This document shows positions 63,453-64,000 of a stretch of 64,000 nucleotides of DNA, in pieces. Both the position numbers and the translations under genes were made by a program. Numbering within the stretch: position 1 is the first letter of the stretch; every line of letters begins with the position of its first letter. The stretch lies in the sequence record OQ108497.1; one strand, 5' to 3'. The DNA comes from Escherichia phage EC_OE_11. The notes under the pieces are model-generated. The model worked only from the letters and a program-made list of their open reading frames with translations. It searched no databases and was not told where the DNA came from.

Positions 63453-63836
63453 ATGAGCAATATCATCAACCTGGCAGCGACTGTAAACGGTAAAGACTTT
63501 AACGGCGCTGTAGACCGTGATCCTATGTGGTGCTTGTCAGTGTTTAAAGGCGATCTGGTTGAAGTTAGAACAACCGAAGGTTATAGCGACGATTATAAAT
63601 GCGAGATCCATTTACATAACTGGTACACGGGGAAAACTTATGCGCTGAATCACGCGTTTATCGGGAAAATTGAATATCGCGAGATGATCGACGAAGAAAC
63701 GGGGCAAGATTTTAGCGATTATGTTTATATCCGTTCAGAAACATTAGCCGAACGTTTGATCGAGAAAATGAAAGCAAAAAATAAAATTAATTTATCTCAT
63801 TGGATTGATATAACAAACGATCCTGCTTATCAGTAA
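63453..63836 (+). CDS. hypothetical early protein
   Basis: Start set at ATG 63453 (MSNIINLAA); ORF-track start 63378 is the TTGACA hexamer itself. Confidence 0.4.
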   Translation: MSNIINLAATVNGKDFNGAVDRDPMWCLSVFKGDLVEVRTTEGYSDDYKCEIHLHNWYTGKTYALNHAFIGKIEYREMIDEETGQDFSDYVYIRSETLAERLIEKMKAKNKINLSHWIDITNDPAYQ

Positions 63837-63851
63837 ATAACATTTCATACC

Positions 63852-63879
63852 AGGGCGCACAAAGCGCCCTTTCTTTTTA
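63852..63879 (+). terminator. rho-independent terminator
   Basis: GGGCGC-ACAAA-GCGCCC then TTTCTTTTT. Confidence 0.6.
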
Positions 63880-64000
63880 CCTAAATAAAGATGATAGCTT
63901 TTACCTATCAAAAACGTTCACCGAAAAAAGTGAATAGATCGCGGTATCGAGCTAATCAAGGAGCAGATGAACAACCATACCATGAAGATCATAAGGCGCT

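Noticed and set aside
54348-63460. Possibility that the repeated GC hairpins form a CRISPR array
   Set aside because: Repeat spacing is irregular (about 270-1200 bp), each interval holds a complete protein-coding gene with promoter and RBS, and the repeat sequences covary rather than being identical; not CRISPR.
1-64000. Search for tRNA, rRNA, integrase, transposase and attachment sites
   Set aside because: No T-loop consensus (GTTCGAATC-type) or cloverleaf candidates were seen, and no tyrosine/serine recombinase or transposase motifs; nothing supportable, so none reported.

Overview
This 64 kb window is a fragment of a virulent tailed-phage genome (AT-rich, myovirus-like baseplate genes), annotated by manual motif reading only; no HMM or BLAST search was possible. 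The most interesting feature is a Ter-like stress-response module inside the phage replication block: TerD-like, vWA, TelA-like and TerC-like proteins next to macro-domain, phosphoribosyltransferase and HAD genes (about 25.3-34.7 kb). Layout: (1) 102-11660, plus strand, tail/baseplate module with a baseplate J-like protein and three large fibre or spike proteins carrying pectate-lyase-like, collagen-like and esterase-like domains. (2) 11696-47853, minus strand, with DNA methyltransferase, SSB-like protein, family A DNA polymerase, T7 gp4-like primase-helicase, glycosyltransferase-like paralogs, SleB-like hydrolase, the Ter-like module, anaerobic ribonucleotide reductase NrdD/NrdG and a UvrD-like helicase. 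(3) 47972-52899, plus strand, with a second AAA ATPase paralog, a zinc-ribbon/T5orf172-like protein and a NADAR-domain protein. (4) 52900-54340, non-coding: AT-rich direct repeats, a cluster of Fur-box-like palindromes and a GC-rich island. (5) 54348-63880, plus strand, about 28 small early-like ORFs, most behind a sigma70-like promoter followed by a conserved GC-rich hairpin. No tRNA, rRNA, CRISPR array, integrase or transposase was found.
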